IMG/VR virus record: IMGVR_UViG_3300025018_000142
Location: 1-64,000 of that record
Source of the DNA: a virus
Lineage: Duplodnaviria; Caudoviricetes
Strand: one strand, 5' to 3'
Length of the DNA: 64,000 bases
Position 1 is the stretch's first letter; each line of letters opens with the position of its first letter. A program made the position numbers and the translations under genes. The notes under the pieces are model-generated. The model did no database searches. It worked only from the letters and a program-made list of their open reading frames with translations, and was not told where the DNA came from. Below are positions 29,962-40,928 of this stretch, piece by piece.

Positions 29962-31487
29962 TGGCTACGAGCACAATTAAGTTCTACAGATTACATGACA
30001 TTTGCAGTGGTGGTGTCCAGCAACGTGTCGATGATTTATTATCAAAAAACAATGAAGCTTGGGATATTAAGAATGCTAGTATACAGAAAATTGGGAATAT
30101 CACCTCACAGAAATTGCACGGCACCCACACGGCCACGGGCCAATTTGACGGCATCTTCGAGTTAGTTACTACTGCTAGTCGTGCGCTACAAAGGGCTAAT
30201 GGTGGAAACCTGCAAAAGTATTCAGGTGGCTCTTGGGCAACAGTCACAGGCGGTAGTGCCGCTTTTACTAATAGTGTCTATGTCGGATTCGCTCCCCTTC
30301 TCACAGTATCTGGTACAACAACAACCGAAGGGTATATTGCGGCAGGAAGTAATGGACTTACTAAAATGGTATTCTGTAATGGAACGACCGCGAGTACGGT
30401 TCAATACGCCGCCACGGGATACTACTTATATGCAAGGTGTGTCGCAGCTATCGGGAACATAGCGTTCGCTGGAGGTGTAAAATTTATAAACGCTACACCA
30501 ACAACGTATAACTATTCTAATAGGATTTACATCTCCAAGCCAGGTACATTAACATTTTGGAATACCACGGAAACCACAGCAGTTACCGCCTCAACCCGCT
30601 ATGTAGAAGTGACAGGAACTATTAAGGCGATGGCTGTCATCAATAAATATCTAGTTGTATTTTCTGATGTAGTGAACATAATCAATCCGAGTACATTCGA
30701 GCAATTTGTATTGTCGGATTATTCGTGCGTTAATGCTGGGGCAGTTGCAGTTGGAAACGATGCAATAACTTGGATTTCACTAGAGGGAGTGTTCGTCTGG
30801 CAGGGGACAGGAAGGCCAACGAAGATTTCTCGCTCCATACAGACGTCCTATTCAGACGGATACTGGGACTATGTACAGCTGGACGAATATGCAAAATTCC
30901 GTGTTGCTATGGCAGATGACTCGTTCCTGTATTATGTTGTGGCAAACGAAGGTGGCTCGGATTTCGATGAAGTTTTAGAATACGACTGGGCAGCAAAAGC
31001 GTGGAAGCGAGATACTGGTTATATGATTACTTGCTCTACCCGTTCATTACAGGCGAATAAAATTGTGACCGTATTTGGGACCAATGCTGGCGCTTTTACG
31101 TTCAGGCAAGGAACTACCTATGGAAGCTTGGTGTTCGAGACGCGAAATATCTATCTTGATAGTATTGATAAGATAAGAAAAATAGACCGTATTTACATAC
31201 TCTACAGAGCCACCACAGATTATCTAAAAGTAGAATACACAATCAATGAGGACTTAACAACATGGGCTACACTTACTGAACACGCTGGCACCAATATGGT
31301 ACTCAACTCTACGGATGGGAAGCAAATTCTCGGAAGGATAGACTTAGGCGGGATAATGTGTTCATCTATCCGATTCAAGTTTTCCTGTGCTGATGCAGCA
31401 AGTTTTATAGACTTAGCTGGAATCGTGCTAGAGTACCAAGGAGACGCGTCAAGTGCCAAGGGATATAACATAACCAGTAACGAATAA
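29961..31487 (+). CDS. tail nozzle / DNA stabilisation beta-propeller protein
   Basis: 508 aa beta-rich; RIYISKPG, ITWISLEGVF, VFETR. Confidence 0.7.
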   Translation: MATSTIKFYRLHDICSGGVQQRVDDLLSKNNEAWDIKNASIQKIGNITSQKLHGTHTATGQFDGIFELVTTASRALQRANGGNLQKYSGGSWATVTGGSAAFTNSVYVGFAPLLTVSGTTTTEGYIAAGSNGLTKMVFCNGTTASTVQYAATGYYLYARCVAAIGNIAFAGGVKFINATPTTYNYSNRIYISKPGTLTFWNTTETTAVTASTRYVEVTGTIKAMAVINKYLVVFSDVVNIINPSTFEQFVLSDYSCVNAGAVAVGNDAITWISLEGVFVWQGTGRPTKISRSIQTSYSDGYWDYVQLDEYAKFRVAMADDSFLYYVVANEGGSDFDEVLEYDWAAKAWKRDTGYMITCSTRSLQANKIVTVFGTNAGAFTFRQGTTYGSLVFETRNIYLDSIDKIRKIDRIYILYRATTDYLKVEYTINEDLTTWATLTEHAGTNMVLNSTDGKQILGRIDLGGIMCSSIRFKFSCADAASFIDLAGIVLEYQGDASSAKGYNITSNE

Positions 31488-31705
31488 TGTTAGCGAAATC
31501 GTATGAGGTTTATCAAAAAGAGAGCTATGTTTCTACTGGATTTAGAGAGGTTGGGTTACTGCGAGAACTAGAACAGGATTCGGATATGTGGAGTATAGAC
31601 CCACAGACCATCATGCCGTACAGGGCCAGAATTATGACCGGTGTGACACAGATTTCGGACGGAAACTACATTCGTGCTCAATTTGGCTCTAAGGGAATAA
31701 GTTAA
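31487..31705 (+). CDS. small tail protein
   Basis: Translationally coupled in the tail operon. Confidence 0.55.
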   Translation: MLAKSYEVYQKESYVSTGFREVGLLRELEQDSDMWSIDPQTIMPYRARIMTGVTQISDGNYIRAQFGSKGIS

Positions 31706-32484
31706 TGTGCAAATTCTTGGAAGACGTACTCCAGATAATTAGGTCGGGTTTGGGTGTAGGTGGAGTAGATTCTGCCGATGTAGGTACAGCAGATTTCCCA
31801 ACATTAAAGATAATCGCAAGCGGTATGCACGACTTTATGACGCTTACGGGCGTTGAAACTGTCTATACGCATGGAGTCGGTTCTTACTTGGCGTTTGCGG
31901 TATGGAATACTGACGGTAGCTTTAATGGTGACGCTCTTGCTTTCAGAATGAGTACAACGGCGCTGAGTATTGATACTGATAGATGGCCTGGGGATGACGG
32001 AACGACCTCGCTTTCCATGTCTGTATATTACGAGATTTACGCAGTTGATGTTTTTGCCACTGTGGAATACACCTCTGTAAACAGTGGAACCGATTTTACC
32101 CCCGGTTCCGATATAAACAGTGTTTATGCAGTATCGCAACAGGACATGAATATAGCAGAGATGAGTGCGTTTACTACAGCACTCGATAATCAGTACAGGG
32201 GCTTTCTTGTCCACAGTGTTATCAACAAGGTAAATACATGGACAGGTTCGTGGTCAACCCCACTTTTTACACAGGCACACGGGTTGACTTATCCACCTTC
32301 TTATTTGGCGTATATTAAGACTGCAGCGAACAGCTATATGATTCAGATTTATTCTGATGAGCTTCCTGCGTTTTATATGACGAGTACGAACATAGTCGCC
32401 TTTCCGTATGGTGGCATAACATGGGCGGAAACCTTTACTATGGCGTTTGTAATACTTAAAGACCCAGTAATGCTGGCAAAATAA
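31705..32484 (+). CDS. tail accessory protein (two related beta domains)
   Basis: THGVGSYLAF / AHGLTYPPSYLAY repeats. Confidence 0.6.
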   Translation: MCKFLEDVLQIIRSGLGVGGVDSADVGTADFPTLKIIASGMHDFMTLTGVETVYTHGVGSYLAFAVWNTDGSFNGDALAFRMSTTALSIDTDRWPGDDGTTSLSMSVYYEIYAVDVFATVEYTSVNSGTDFTPGSDINSVYAVSQQDMNIAEMSAFTTALDNQYRGFLVHSVINKVNTWTGSWSTPLFTQAHGLTYPPSYLAYIKTAANSYMIQIYSDELPAFYMTSTNIVAFPYGGITWAETFTMAFVILKDPVMLAK

Positions 32485-32485
32485 T

Positions 32486-32911
32486 ATGGCAGAATATGTA
32501 TCAACAAGCATAGGTGGGGTAGATGTGCTAGAGGCTAACGCGCTGCAACTATCCACCTCATCGGTGTATCCCTCTGTACAAATCGAAGAAGATATGTACG
32601 GGATTGTGAATCATGTAATCAATTACGATGTCGGGATTGGAGTCACCACCGTGGCAACAATACCACACAAATATAGTGGCGTACCAACGTCTTTGATTTA
32701 TGTAGATACGGATGACGGCACGGAGCATTATACGGTAATTCTCCCTTGGGCTCGCGGAATGTCGATGTTTTATATCTATGCCTATGCCGATAGCAGTAAT
32801 GTGTACATAAAGATAAACAACCAAACGGGCGCTACACTGGTGCATAATACCGACTTTGACGATATAACCTGTGTATTTAAGTATTTTATATTTCCTAAGC
32901 TTGTTGCATAG
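32486..32911 (+). CDS. tail accessory protein
   Basis: IPHKYSGVPTSLIYV, related to the preceding domains. Confidence 0.6.
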   Translation: MAEYVSTSIGGVDVLEANALQLSTSSVYPSVQIEEDMYGIVNHVINYDVGIGVTTVATIPHKYSGVPTSLIYVDTDDGTEHYTVILPWARGMSMFYIYAYADSSNVYIKINNQTGATLVHNTDFDDITCVFKYFIFPKLVA

Positions 32912-32935
32912 GAGCGAAAGGTGGTAAAATAATAA

Positions 32936-33496
32936 ATGGCTGTAACCTACAAAGTAAAAAAAGGAGATACCTTATATGCTATAGGGCGGCGATATGGTAT
33001 TCCGTGGACCGCTATTTTCAATGCAAATAGAAGCGTGGTGCCTAGTGCGAGAACGTTGGGGATTGGTACAACTCTGATTATACCTACGAGCAAAAATACC
33101 CCAGGTGCAACCAATACTAACACGGGTACCGAGATTGCAAGGAAGGCATTTAGTGAAGCGGTGCCGTGGGAGAAGTTTCTACCAACGGACTCAATAAACA
33201 AATTCTCCGAATCGCGCGTAAACCCAGAATATCAAAGGTCTGGGGAAGCTGCGACTAATCGAAACGCATGGCAAACCGGTCTTGCCAATACCTTTAGGAG
33301 TGGATTCGCACAGAAACAGGCGCAGGATATTGTAGATGCAAACGAAAGGGCAAGAAAAGGAGCACTGGCAGATTATGTGCAACAGCAAACAAATCTATTT
33401 AGTGACTTGTATGCGAAGGAGTGGGATAAGTACGATAAGAACCCAGCGAACTACTTGCCGCAATACGACCGATGGGCACAAAGCATATTGAAGTAA
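32936..33496 (+). CDS. LysM-domain virion protein
   Basis: YKVKKGDTLYAIGRRYGIPWTAIFNAN...IGTTLIIP. Confidence 0.9.
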   Translation: MAVTYKVKKGDTLYAIGRRYGIPWTAIFNANRSVVPSARTLGIGTTLIIPTSKNTPGATNTNTGTEIARKAFSEAVPWEKFLPTDSINKFSESRVNPEYQRSGEAATNRNAWQTGLANTFRSGFAQKQAQDIVDANERARKGALADYVQQQTNLFSDLYAKEWDKYDKNPANYLPQYDRWAQSILK

Positions 33497-33521
33497 ATTG
33501 AATTAAGAAGTACAATAGAAC

Positions 33522-34133
33522 ATGGCAAACCTTAGTGCATTAGAAAGAACGATTGCGAAGTACGATGCTCAGGCACCAAACATTCAGCAAGATATCAAGA
33601 ATAAAATCAATGCGCAGTTTGATAACGGCAAGCCATGGCTCGAAGATACAGCACGTTGGGAGCGAGATATTCTTCCGGCATTCTACAAGCAATTTGCAGA
33701 ACAAGGTACAGGTGCATCGGATTTATCCCCAGCACAACAACTGCTACAAGGTTCACAGAACACTGCAAGAAGCGGTAGACTTGCTGATGTTGGTTCGGGT
33801 ATTTACGCACGGCAGCAAGATAGGGAATCGGAGATGTTAAGGAATCGGTTGGCTGCGTGGCAAATGGCTAGGCAAACTGCTACCGATGCTTGGAGCAGGG
33901 AAATGCAAAGACAAGCAGCGGCAAGGGCATCGAGGACACCAACTAATCCGTGGGATAACTTTGATTTTACGGGGGATGATACTGCCGATACATCTACGGG
34001 CGCCTCCGTGTCACTGCCAAAGTTGTCGGCTGGTGCTCCAGCTGTCCGGAGTACGCAAAATCAACTGATAGGAGCTATTCCCGATGTAATAAAAAGCTTT
34101 CTTCCTAACTTCTTAAAGATATTCAAAAGATAA
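33522..34133 (+). CDS. putative internal virion/ejection protein
   Basis: Q/A-rich helical protein; TTGAAG-17-TACAAT-5 nt-ATG upstream. Confidence 0.6.
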   Translation: MANLSALERTIAKYDAQAPNIQQDIKNKINAQFDNGKPWLEDTARWERDILPAFYKQFAEQGTGASDLSPAQQLLQGSQNTARSGRLADVGSGIYARQQDRESEMLRNRLAAWQMARQTATDAWSREMQRQAAARASRTPTNPWDNFDFTGDDTADTSTGASVSLPKLSAGAPAVRSTQNQLIGAIPDVIKSFLPNFLKIFKR

Positions 34134-34134
34134 T

Positions 34135-34788
34135 ATGGCGAAGAAACAAACAATAAAGATTAAAGACCCAGAGGTTTTACAGTATCTGCAAATACTTCAG
34201 ACCATGGGGAGGGCAGACCCAGAGAACGCTTCCCAGTATCTTACACAGGCGATGGGTGTCTACACCTCTTACCTAGATTCACAGAAACCAGAGAACAAAG
34301 TTGCAAAGATTTACGGCGCAGATATAGCCCCGGCGTTGTTGGGCTCAGGACTGAAGCCGGAGGCACTTGCCGATGAAAGGTATGCAGATTTTGCAAAGCC
34401 GTTAGTTACGCAGTTTATGACACTTAGAAACAAGTATACCCAGGGTACTGCTAATAAGAACGAAATAAAGAAAATGACCGCACTGGAGGGTCTTATCAAT
34501 AACCCATCAAGAATATCTGAGTACCAATACTACAAGCCAGACGCGAACGACAAACAAGGCGTGATAGATAGCAATCTTTTTAGAAAGTCGCTACAGCAAA
34601 CAGGAAAGGACATGATTCCAAAGAATCCGCTATCTTGGCTGACTCCAGGTGGATTCGTAGGAAATGTTGGGAAATCCGCTGTGGGATTAGCTGCACAGGG
34701 ATTTGCTCAACCAAGTGATTTGGCGATGAAAAACAACGCATTCAAAGACATTACAGGAGACATAGGAAATATAAATCCTTTACAGTAA
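34135..34788 (+). CDS. putative internal virion/ejection protein
   Basis: Helical; between LysM and the large ejection protein. Confidence 0.6.
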   Translation: MAKKQTIKIKDPEVLQYLQILQTMGRADPENASQYLTQAMGVYTSYLDSQKPENKVAKIYGADIAPALLGSGLKPEALADERYADFAKPLVTQFMTLRNKYTQGTANKNEIKKMTALEGLINNPSRISEYQYYKPDANDKQGVIDSNLFRKSLQQTGKDMIPKNPLSWLTPGGFVGNVGKSAVGLAAQGFAQPSDLAMKNNAFKDITGDIGNINPLQ

Positions 34789-34813
34789 TGGACAGTCGCT
34801 ATACAATAGAGTT

Positions 34814-37800
34814 ATGGCAGACTTTAGTTTCACAGAAGCATCTCAGAAATTCAGTAAAAAAAGAAAGAAATCTATCTCTACTAAGATGGCTGCTACTACA
34901 GCAGCCCCACAGATGTCGTTGGATGAGATAGTAACAAAGCTTTCAGAAGACCCAAATTTCAAGACAGAAAATACCAAGGCGAACCTTCTCACTAGATTAG
35001 GCTCAGGGCTCGGTGCGCTCAGTTTGACACCACAGTTGGCTGACGTTGCCAGTGGCGAGAAGGGTGGTGCGCAAGCTGCTATTGACTATTTCCCGCAAGT
35101 ATTCGATAGGTTAGTAAAGACGTTTAAGCCAAGTACCTCACAATCTGATTTAGAAAAATATAACGATTCTGCTAGTAGACTTGTATCAAATCTCGGTGGA
35201 GATGCTATCAACGATATTCCCTTCGTGGGGAAACCTTTACGTTTTTTGGCTGATGTAGCAACCGATATTGGGTTTGACCTAGGTACATACCTCCCGTTGG
35301 AGGGGCTACTGGGTATTGGTGGTAAAGTTGCCAATAAAGTCGCTCCAGTTATTAAAACAGCGAAGGGGACCTATAAGATTGCAGAAAAAGGATTACCTCT
35401 ATACGACAACGTAATAAATGCGGTTACTAGAGTTATGGGTAAGGGTAGTGAATACGCAGATGACTTTATTAGAAAATTGGATACCGCATATCCGGGTATG
35501 GCTACGAAAGTACGGGTTTTATTTGGTAAAAGTGATGCTGCTCCGTTGGCGGGGAAGGTTGTTGATGATGTCGCTAGTGCCGTAGACAATGTGGTGGGTG
35601 ATGCAGTTAAAGTAGTAGATTCTCCTGTGGCCTCCGATATTATGAAGAGTACAGTAAAGAAAGGTGGGAAATTAGAACAGACATTTGAACAATTCAAGAA
35701 GGCTGTTATTAAAAATACAGGGCAGTTTTCTTCCAAAGATGCACAGACTTGGTATGATATGGCTAAAAATGCCAGAAGTACAAAGGTAACTAAGAAATCA
35801 CTTAACGCTGCTGAGTCATTTACAAATGCTGCCGATAAGAAAGCGATGAGGGAAGTAGAGAAACTCACGAAAGCGGCAGGATTAGGAAAGGGAGAGGCAG
35901 ACGATGCGGTTCGCAGAATTAAACAATTAGGGGGTACAAACGAACTTACCGAACTGTCCTCTGTAACTGCCAGAAATGAAGCGGCCTTGGAGATATCACA
36001 AACTGTGTACGGTGAAATGATTGAAAATGGCGGAGTATCAAAACTGCTCAATACACTACCCGATGAGATTGCGGCACCTATTAGGGAGATGGTTTCTAAG
36101 ATGAACGTAGCAGACTTGCACTATGGTGGAAATCCTGTTAAGCCTATGATTGACTTGGCGAAATTCGGACAAGAATCTAGGGCTGTACTTCACAAAGCGT
36201 TATCCACATTACCGAAGCCATTGTTTGATATGTTAAAATCGACTAAGGTTGGATTGACCGCAGCATTTGATAACTTCCCAGTCATGAAAGATTGGCCTAT
36301 TGTAAGAGATGCGTTTCAAAAGATGCTCAACTCTAATAGAGGAGCTAGGGAATATGGACAATCGGTGCTTCGTTATATGACTAGGGAGCTTGATAATGTA
36401 CTAAAAGCAAAAGGATTTACAGGAACTGATGTTGTGAGTGCAGTTGAATACATTGGAAGACCAGCATGGAGAAAAAGAATCTTAAAGAACGTGCCGAATG
36501 TAATGGAGATTATCAACGATAAAGAGATGTCTCCACTTCTTAACACAATCACGCAGTTATTCAATGAAAAAGAAACGCTAGGACTTCTTGGAATCAGGGA
36601 GAACGCAGGATACTTTGCTCGTATGATTGACCCAGACAATGCAGAAGCGATGGCGGCATACAAGAAGGCTGGGCTACTTAAATCTCCAAAGGCAAAACTC
36701 AGCGGATTCGCTAAAGAACGCGCATACAATATCCCGTTCAACGAAGCACAGACAGAACTTGCAAAGTTGGGTGGTAAATATAAAGAAGATATGGCCTATG
36801 TGCTGGCTACCTATGCTACTAAAATGGCACAGTCCAAAAACACACTATCCTTCTTTGCAACGCTCATGGACACCCCGTTGGTAAAACTGGCCGAGGACGC
36901 GCCTGACAATTTTGTTGCTATTAGCGAGAAGACAATACCCCTGTTCAAAGGGTACAAGGTACACCCAGAAGTTGCTGGTGTCATGCAGAAGATAGTCGAG
37001 GTCACACAGGGCAAGTATAACCCAGCGGGGATATTAAAAATTACTGACTATATAACAAACCTATTCAAGTCCAGTGTTACCGTATATTTTCCAGCATTCC
37101 ACTTCAGGAACTTAATGTCTAACGTATTTAATATCGCAGTGTCTGGACAGAATCCGGCAGGAATACCCAGGCTGTTCCGTAAGGCCCTTGATATTGCTAA
37201 ATACGGGAAGATGTTAGAAGAAGGGAAAGATGTGGCAAAGTTTGGTGAGAAGATTCTCTCAACCGTCCGAGGGAAATCCTATACAGTCGCTGACCTATTT
37301 GAACTCACAAGAGTGAACGGAGTACGAGGTGGACAGGTTATTGAATCCATTGGAAAGGGAAACGCGTTAGATGAAATTGGAAAGAACACTCTTGGCAGAT
37401 TGAAAGATGTTGCACAAAACGCGGGTAAAAGAGTGGAAGGTGATTCTCGTGTTGCTATGTTTCTATCTGGGTTAGAGCGAGGTGCTACCCCAAGTAACGC
37501 CGCGGGAATGGTTAAGAAGTTCCTGTTTAATTACGATGAACTCACGGACTTTGAAAGGAACTGGATGAAGCGCCTAATACCCTTCTATTCGTATATGCGA
37601 TTCAATATCGAGTTGCAGTTACAGCTCATGGTGCAGAATCCAAAGCTGTACTCGAAGTTACTAAAAGCTGGAAACGCTTTGGCTGGCCCTGAAAACGAAG
37701 AGAATGTGCTGCCAGATTGGACCAAGCAAACGCTAGGATTGGACCTAAATGGACTTCCCGGATTACCAAACGCCACATCTGGTACACAGATATTTTCTCC

Positions 37801-38386
37801 TGGACTTGGATTGCCCCCAGAGCAACTCAATAGTATATTCGGTAGAACTCCGCGAGAAAGTGGCGAGAACCTACTCGGTTCACTTAACCCACTGCTAAAA
37901 GTACCCCTAGAGCAGATATTTGACTACAATCTGTTTAAGGGAAAGAAAATTAGCGAAGATACTGACGGAACACAGTTCAAGAATGCACCCCTCGCAATCA
38001 AGAAATTCATGGGCTATAAGGAAACAGCCGTTGAAATGAAAGACCGAGACGGGAATATCAAGAAGTCAACACGGTATACCGTAGACGCACAAAAGAAGTA
38101 TATGCTTAACGCCTCCGTTGGTAGGGGTAGTTCTACAACACTGAGGTTGGTGGATTTGCTTAATAATGTAAATAGTGGAAAAGGCTCGTGGGTAGACATA
38201 CTTCCGTTATTTACGGGGATAAAGACCTACAGCTTCAATATAGCAGACGAACAGGCGAAGCGAGAAGCAGAGAAAAAGAAACGGGTACTTAACAAATTAT
38301 TAGAAGAAGGATACGGGAAGAGTTATACGAGTTCCTCTTTAGATGCAGAGGCAAGACAACAGGTGATTGACAAGTATCTACAGTAG
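34814..38386 (+). CDS. large internal virion/DNA ejection protein (1190 aa)
   Basis: Largest ORF, helical; FHFRN...N and ELTDFE...KRLIPFYSYMRFN motifs typical of podoviral ejection/polyvalent proteins; TTTACA-17-TACAAT-6 nt-ATG. Confidence 0.72.
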   Translation: MADFSFTEASQKFSKKRKKSISTKMAATTAAPQMSLDEIVTKLSEDPNFKTENTKANLLTRLGSGLGALSLTPQLADVASGEKGGAQAAIDYFPQVFDRLVKTFKPSTSQSDLEKYNDSASRLVSNLGGDAINDIPFVGKPLRFLADVATDIGFDLGTYLPLEGLLGIGGKVANKVAPVIKTAKGTYKIAEKGLPLYDNVINAVTRVMGKGSEYADDFIRKLDTAYPGMATKVRVLFGKSDAAPLAGKVVDDVASAVDNVVGDAVKVVDSPVASDIMKSTVKKGGKLEQTFEQFKKAVIKNTGQFSSKDAQTWYDMAKNARSTKVTKKSLNAAESFTNAADKKAMREVEKLTKAAGLGKGEADDAVRRIKQLGGTNELTELSSVTARNEAALEISQTVYGEMIENGGVSKLLNTLPDEIAAPIREMVSKMNVADLHYGGNPVKPMIDLAKFGQESRAVLHKALSTLPKPLFDMLKSTKVGLTAAFDNFPVMKDWPIVRDAFQKMLNSNRGAREYGQSVLRYMTRELDNVLKAKGFTGTDVVSAVEYIGRPAWRKRILKNVPNVMEIINDKEMSPLLNTITQLFNEKETLGLLGIRENAGYFARMIDPDNAEAMAAYKKAGLLKSPKAKLSGFAKERAYNIPFNEAQTELAKLGGKYKEDMAYVLATYATKMAQSKNTLSFFATLMDTPLVKLAEDAPDNFVAISEKTIPLFKGYKVHPEVAGVMQKIVEVTQGKYNPAGILKITDYITNLFKSSVTVYFPAFHFRNLMSNVFNIAVSGQNPAGIPRLFRKALDIAKYGKMLEEGKDVAKFGEKILSTVRGKSYTVADLFELTRVNGVRGGQVIESIGKGNALDEIGKNTLGRLKDVAQNAGKRVEGDSRVAMFLSGLERGATPSNAAGMVKKFLFNYDELTDFERNWMKRLIPFYSYMRFNIELQLQLMVQNPKLYSKLLKAGNALAGPENEENVLPDWTKQTLGLDLNGLPGLPNATSGTQIFSPGLGLPPEQLNSIFGRTPRESGENLLGSLNPLLKVPLEQIFDYNLFKGKKISEDTDGTQFKNAPLAIKKFMGYKETAVEMKDRDGNIKKSTRYTVDAQKKYMLNASVGRGSSTTLRLVDLLNNVNSGKGSWVDILPLFTGIKTYSFNIADEQAKREAEKKKRVLNKLLEEGYGKSYTSSSLDAEARQQVIDKYLQ

Positions 38387-38395
38387 CGGTAGAAT
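38367..38395 (+). promoter_or_regulatory. leaderless-type promoter for 38401
   Basis: TTGACA-17-TAGAAT-5 nt-ATG. Confidence 0.8.
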
Positions 38396-38400
38396 AGTTC

Positions 38401-38895
38401 ATGAAAACATTAGATGTAAAGGCAATCAAGATTCCGCAGAATTTTCTATATCAACCTGGGTTATTCAATAAGCAGGAAGAGATTGAGAAATGGGTGGAAG
38501 AAGAGGTGTATAACAAGACGCGCAACGATGATGTAGTCGTATTCAAGCTTGGCGATAAGGTAGCCGAGTCCAAAGTATTTATATCTGTTATCAGCGATGA
38601 ATCCTTCATGTTGACAAAGGCTGGCGGTAAAGCGGCACTTATAGATAGAAAGAATCTATTTGGGAGGGATATGCGATGGGGAATTTACGGTGCTATGCAG
38701 ACGAATCTTTATGCTGATTTAATCGTGATTATACTGAGGAAACTTATTGGGTTGCACAACAATGAGATTGCTCCAGTCAAAAAGGAAGAGGAGCTTAACA
38801 AGATGGTTGATGCTATGGTCCCGGAGTTTACTAAACCGAAGGTGAATCTGTTTGCGAAGAAGAAAAAGAAGAGGGCGGTTCGCAAGAAGAAATAA
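38401..38895 (+). CDS. hypothetical protein with very basic tail
   Basis: Ends AKKKKKRAVRKKK. Confidence 0.7.
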   Translation: MKTLDVKAIKIPQNFLYQPGLFNKQEEIEKWVEEEVYNKTRNDDVVVFKLGDKVAESKVFISVISDESFMLTKAGGKAALIDRKNLFGRDMRWGIYGAMQTNLYADLIVIILRKLIGLHNNEIAPVKKEEELNKMVDAMVPEFTKPKVNLFAKKKKKRAVRKKK

Positions 38896-39490
38896 AGTCG
38901 TCGAACTCTCCGCACTCTAATCTCCATGAAATATCGTAGAGGCAGTTCTTTACTTGCTCATACATTTCACCTATTTTTCTGTCCGACATGGTAACACACA
39001 GTGGCTTGCCGTTTGCTACTGCGGTTTGATAATCTTGGTCCCACCGAATAGGCACCACATATCCCTCGTCAACGGGGATTCCCTTCACCATTCTAGCAAG
39101 AACGGCGTAGAAAACAATTTGCTTACCGTAGTACGGATAGAGTTTCCCCGACTTGTAATCAATAATCTTTCCGATATTGTTTCTAAAGATAATCAGCTTA
39201 TCAAGTTGACCTACCATCATACCCTCATCTCCAATAGGCAGTTCAAGTTTCATTTGCGATTCAGAGTAGATAGTGACGGGTTCTTCATCAAATTTCAGTA
39301 TCAACTCGTTTTCTACAGCCGTGTGTAGGTCCACGCCAGTTCTCATGGCACCAGTATAAACACCTGCCATTTCAGCCAAGTAGGTCCAGAGTTGCTTGTA
39401 TTGCCCTGCTTCCCAGAAGTGAAAGGCAGTCCAAGATACACGGATTCTTGGGAACAACCTACGGTACTTAGAGTATTTTGCGTCAATCAT
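38831..39490 (-). CDS. PD-(D/E)XK nuclease
   Basis: GVDLHTAVE, GQLD...IIDYKSG...QIVFYA. Confidence 0.8.
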   Translation of the reverse strand: MIDAKYSKYRRLFPRIRVSWTAFHFWEAGQYKQLWTYLAEMAGVYTGAMRTGVDLHTAVENELILKFDEEPVTIYSESQMKLELPIGDEGMMVGQLDKLIIFRNNIGKIIDYKSGKLYPYYGKQIVFYAVLARMVKGIPVDEGYVVPIRWDQDYQTAVANGKPLCVTMSDRKIGEMYEQVKNCLYDISWRLECGEFDDFISSCEPPSSFSSSQTDSPSV

Positions 39491-39494
39491 AATA

Positions 39495-39875
39495 CTACAA
39501 CTTGTATGTAAACTTAAAAAGCAGTCTCTGTGATGCCCATAATTTTAACTCGCTCACATCCCATGTCAGGATGCGAAGAGTCTCCCTGTAGTCATCAATG
39601 ATTTTCAATAGACTATTGTAGCGTTCATTGGCGTATTTGACGTTTTCATTTAATCTTCGTAAGACCTCAATTTGAGCATCGTCAAAACTGGAGAACACCA
39701 CACTTCTCTGCACTATCTCCACACTCTTGTTCGTGTCAATAAAGCAATTGAGGCTTACCATGTCTTGCGTAAGAAACTTCCCACTAAATAGGAACATGTA
39801 GCCATCCATTCTTTCGCCTATACACCACACTACCTTACCCTTCATAGTATTTAGTTTCATATTACTCCTTTCCAA
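39495..39875 (-). CDS. hypothetical protein
   Basis: ORF tiling the operon. Confidence 0.55.
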   Translation of the reverse strand: MERSNMKLNTMKGKVVWCIGERMDGYMFLFSGKFLTQDMVSLNCFIDTNKSVEIVQRSVVFSSFDDAQIEVLRRLNENVKYANERYNSLLKIIDDYRETLRILTWDVSELKLWASQRLLFKFTYKL

Positions 39876-40203
39876 ATCTTATCGTTAAACTCGGTTCACT
39901 AACCTTGCTGGTAAGACCAGATGGGACTGCGGATGTAGCGTGTTTATTTTGCCACTTTGTCACCTCGGCAACCGATACCGATTTAGTTAATGTGATTTCC
40001 TCCGGAATAATTGCATCATCTACAATTTCATAAGAAGTCCTTACGGTTATGTTTGCACTGACACCCTCGCCAATCATCTTGTCCACTCCTTTGGTTTTCA
40101 TGTGAGCCATGATGACTTCTTTCGCCTCGTCTGATTTTTCTTTGAGGGAAACTTCCGCCTCTTTGATTTTCTTTAATTTGATAAATGCTTCTTCGACTGT
40201 CAT
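39862..40203 (-). CDS. Gp157/Gam-like coiled-coil protein
   Basis: LKKIKEAEVSLKEKSDEAKEVIMAHM...IPEE...SLTIR pattern; next to the nuclease. Confidence 0.55.
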   Translation of the reverse strand: MTVEEAFIKLKKIKEAEVSLKEKSDEAKEVIMAHMKTKGVDKMIGEGVSANITVRTSYEIVDDAIIPEEITLTKSVSVAEVTKWQNKHATSAVPSGLTSKVSEPSLTIRFGKE

Positions 40204-40601
40204 GATTCTCTGTTTAATAAAGTTAGTAACAAATATCCTAATACCTCTCCAAAGTTTTCGTTGGAGTATTTTACAATCTCTCCCTTGTACTTTATCGCTC
40301 CTTCATAAATTATTTTATTGAAGAGATACTCGTACCCCTTCTTTACTCCAATCGTAAACTCATCGTCTCTGTCCGTAAAATCTAAAATCTCTTTCAGAAC
40401 TTGCCATAGTGGAAATGCAGGAACATCTTTTTCTGTTTTGCCTGTCCAAAGTAGCCTACCAGACCTCCAGAAGTATTTGCTCTGAGACACTATATGGTGG
40501 CCAAGAGCTAAACTCCCCGTTTCCGGAACAAACCCAGACAGTAAATGTGCCGTCCTATCTCTTCTGACCGTTTTTGACACCATTTTAGCCACGATGCCCA
40601 A
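40200..40601 (-). CDS. hypothetical protein
   Basis: ORF tiling the operon. Confidence 0.55.
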   Translation of the reverse strand: MGIVAKMVSKTVRRDRTAHLLSGFVPETGSLALGHHIVSQSKYFWRSGRLLWTGKTEKDVPAFPLWQVLKEILDFTDRDDEFTIGVKKGYEYLFNKIIYEGAIKYKGEIVKYSNENFGEVLGYLLLTLLNRES

Positions 40602-40733
40602 GTTACCGTGCCTTTAGTTTATCTATTGCCTTGCTCCACTGTTCCTTGGTCCCAAAAGACTTCCTGTATTTTGTTGGTACTCCGTTTCTCTTCGCCAGTT
40701 TGTTAAACAAGTGCTTCTTAGTGTCTTTCATAA

Positions 40734-40928
40734 CTATTTCCTGAACTTAGATAATATACTTTCGATAATCAACGCTGGAACTACCCACACCCATTGATAC
40801 CACTTTAACTTCGGTACGTCAAAATCACCTTCCATACTTTCCCGGTTTAATTTATCGTTTCTTGTCTTTGTGATTATTGTGATTCGGTTGATTTGATTTA
40901 CTTCTTTCTTTGTGTCCGCCTTTGTCAT
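40734..40928 (-). CDS. small membrane protein
   Basis: WYQWVWVVPALII hydrophobic segment. Confidence 0.5.
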   Translation of the reverse strand: MTKADTKKEVNQINRITIITKTRNDKLNRESMEGDFDVPKLKWYQWVWVVPALIIESILSKFRK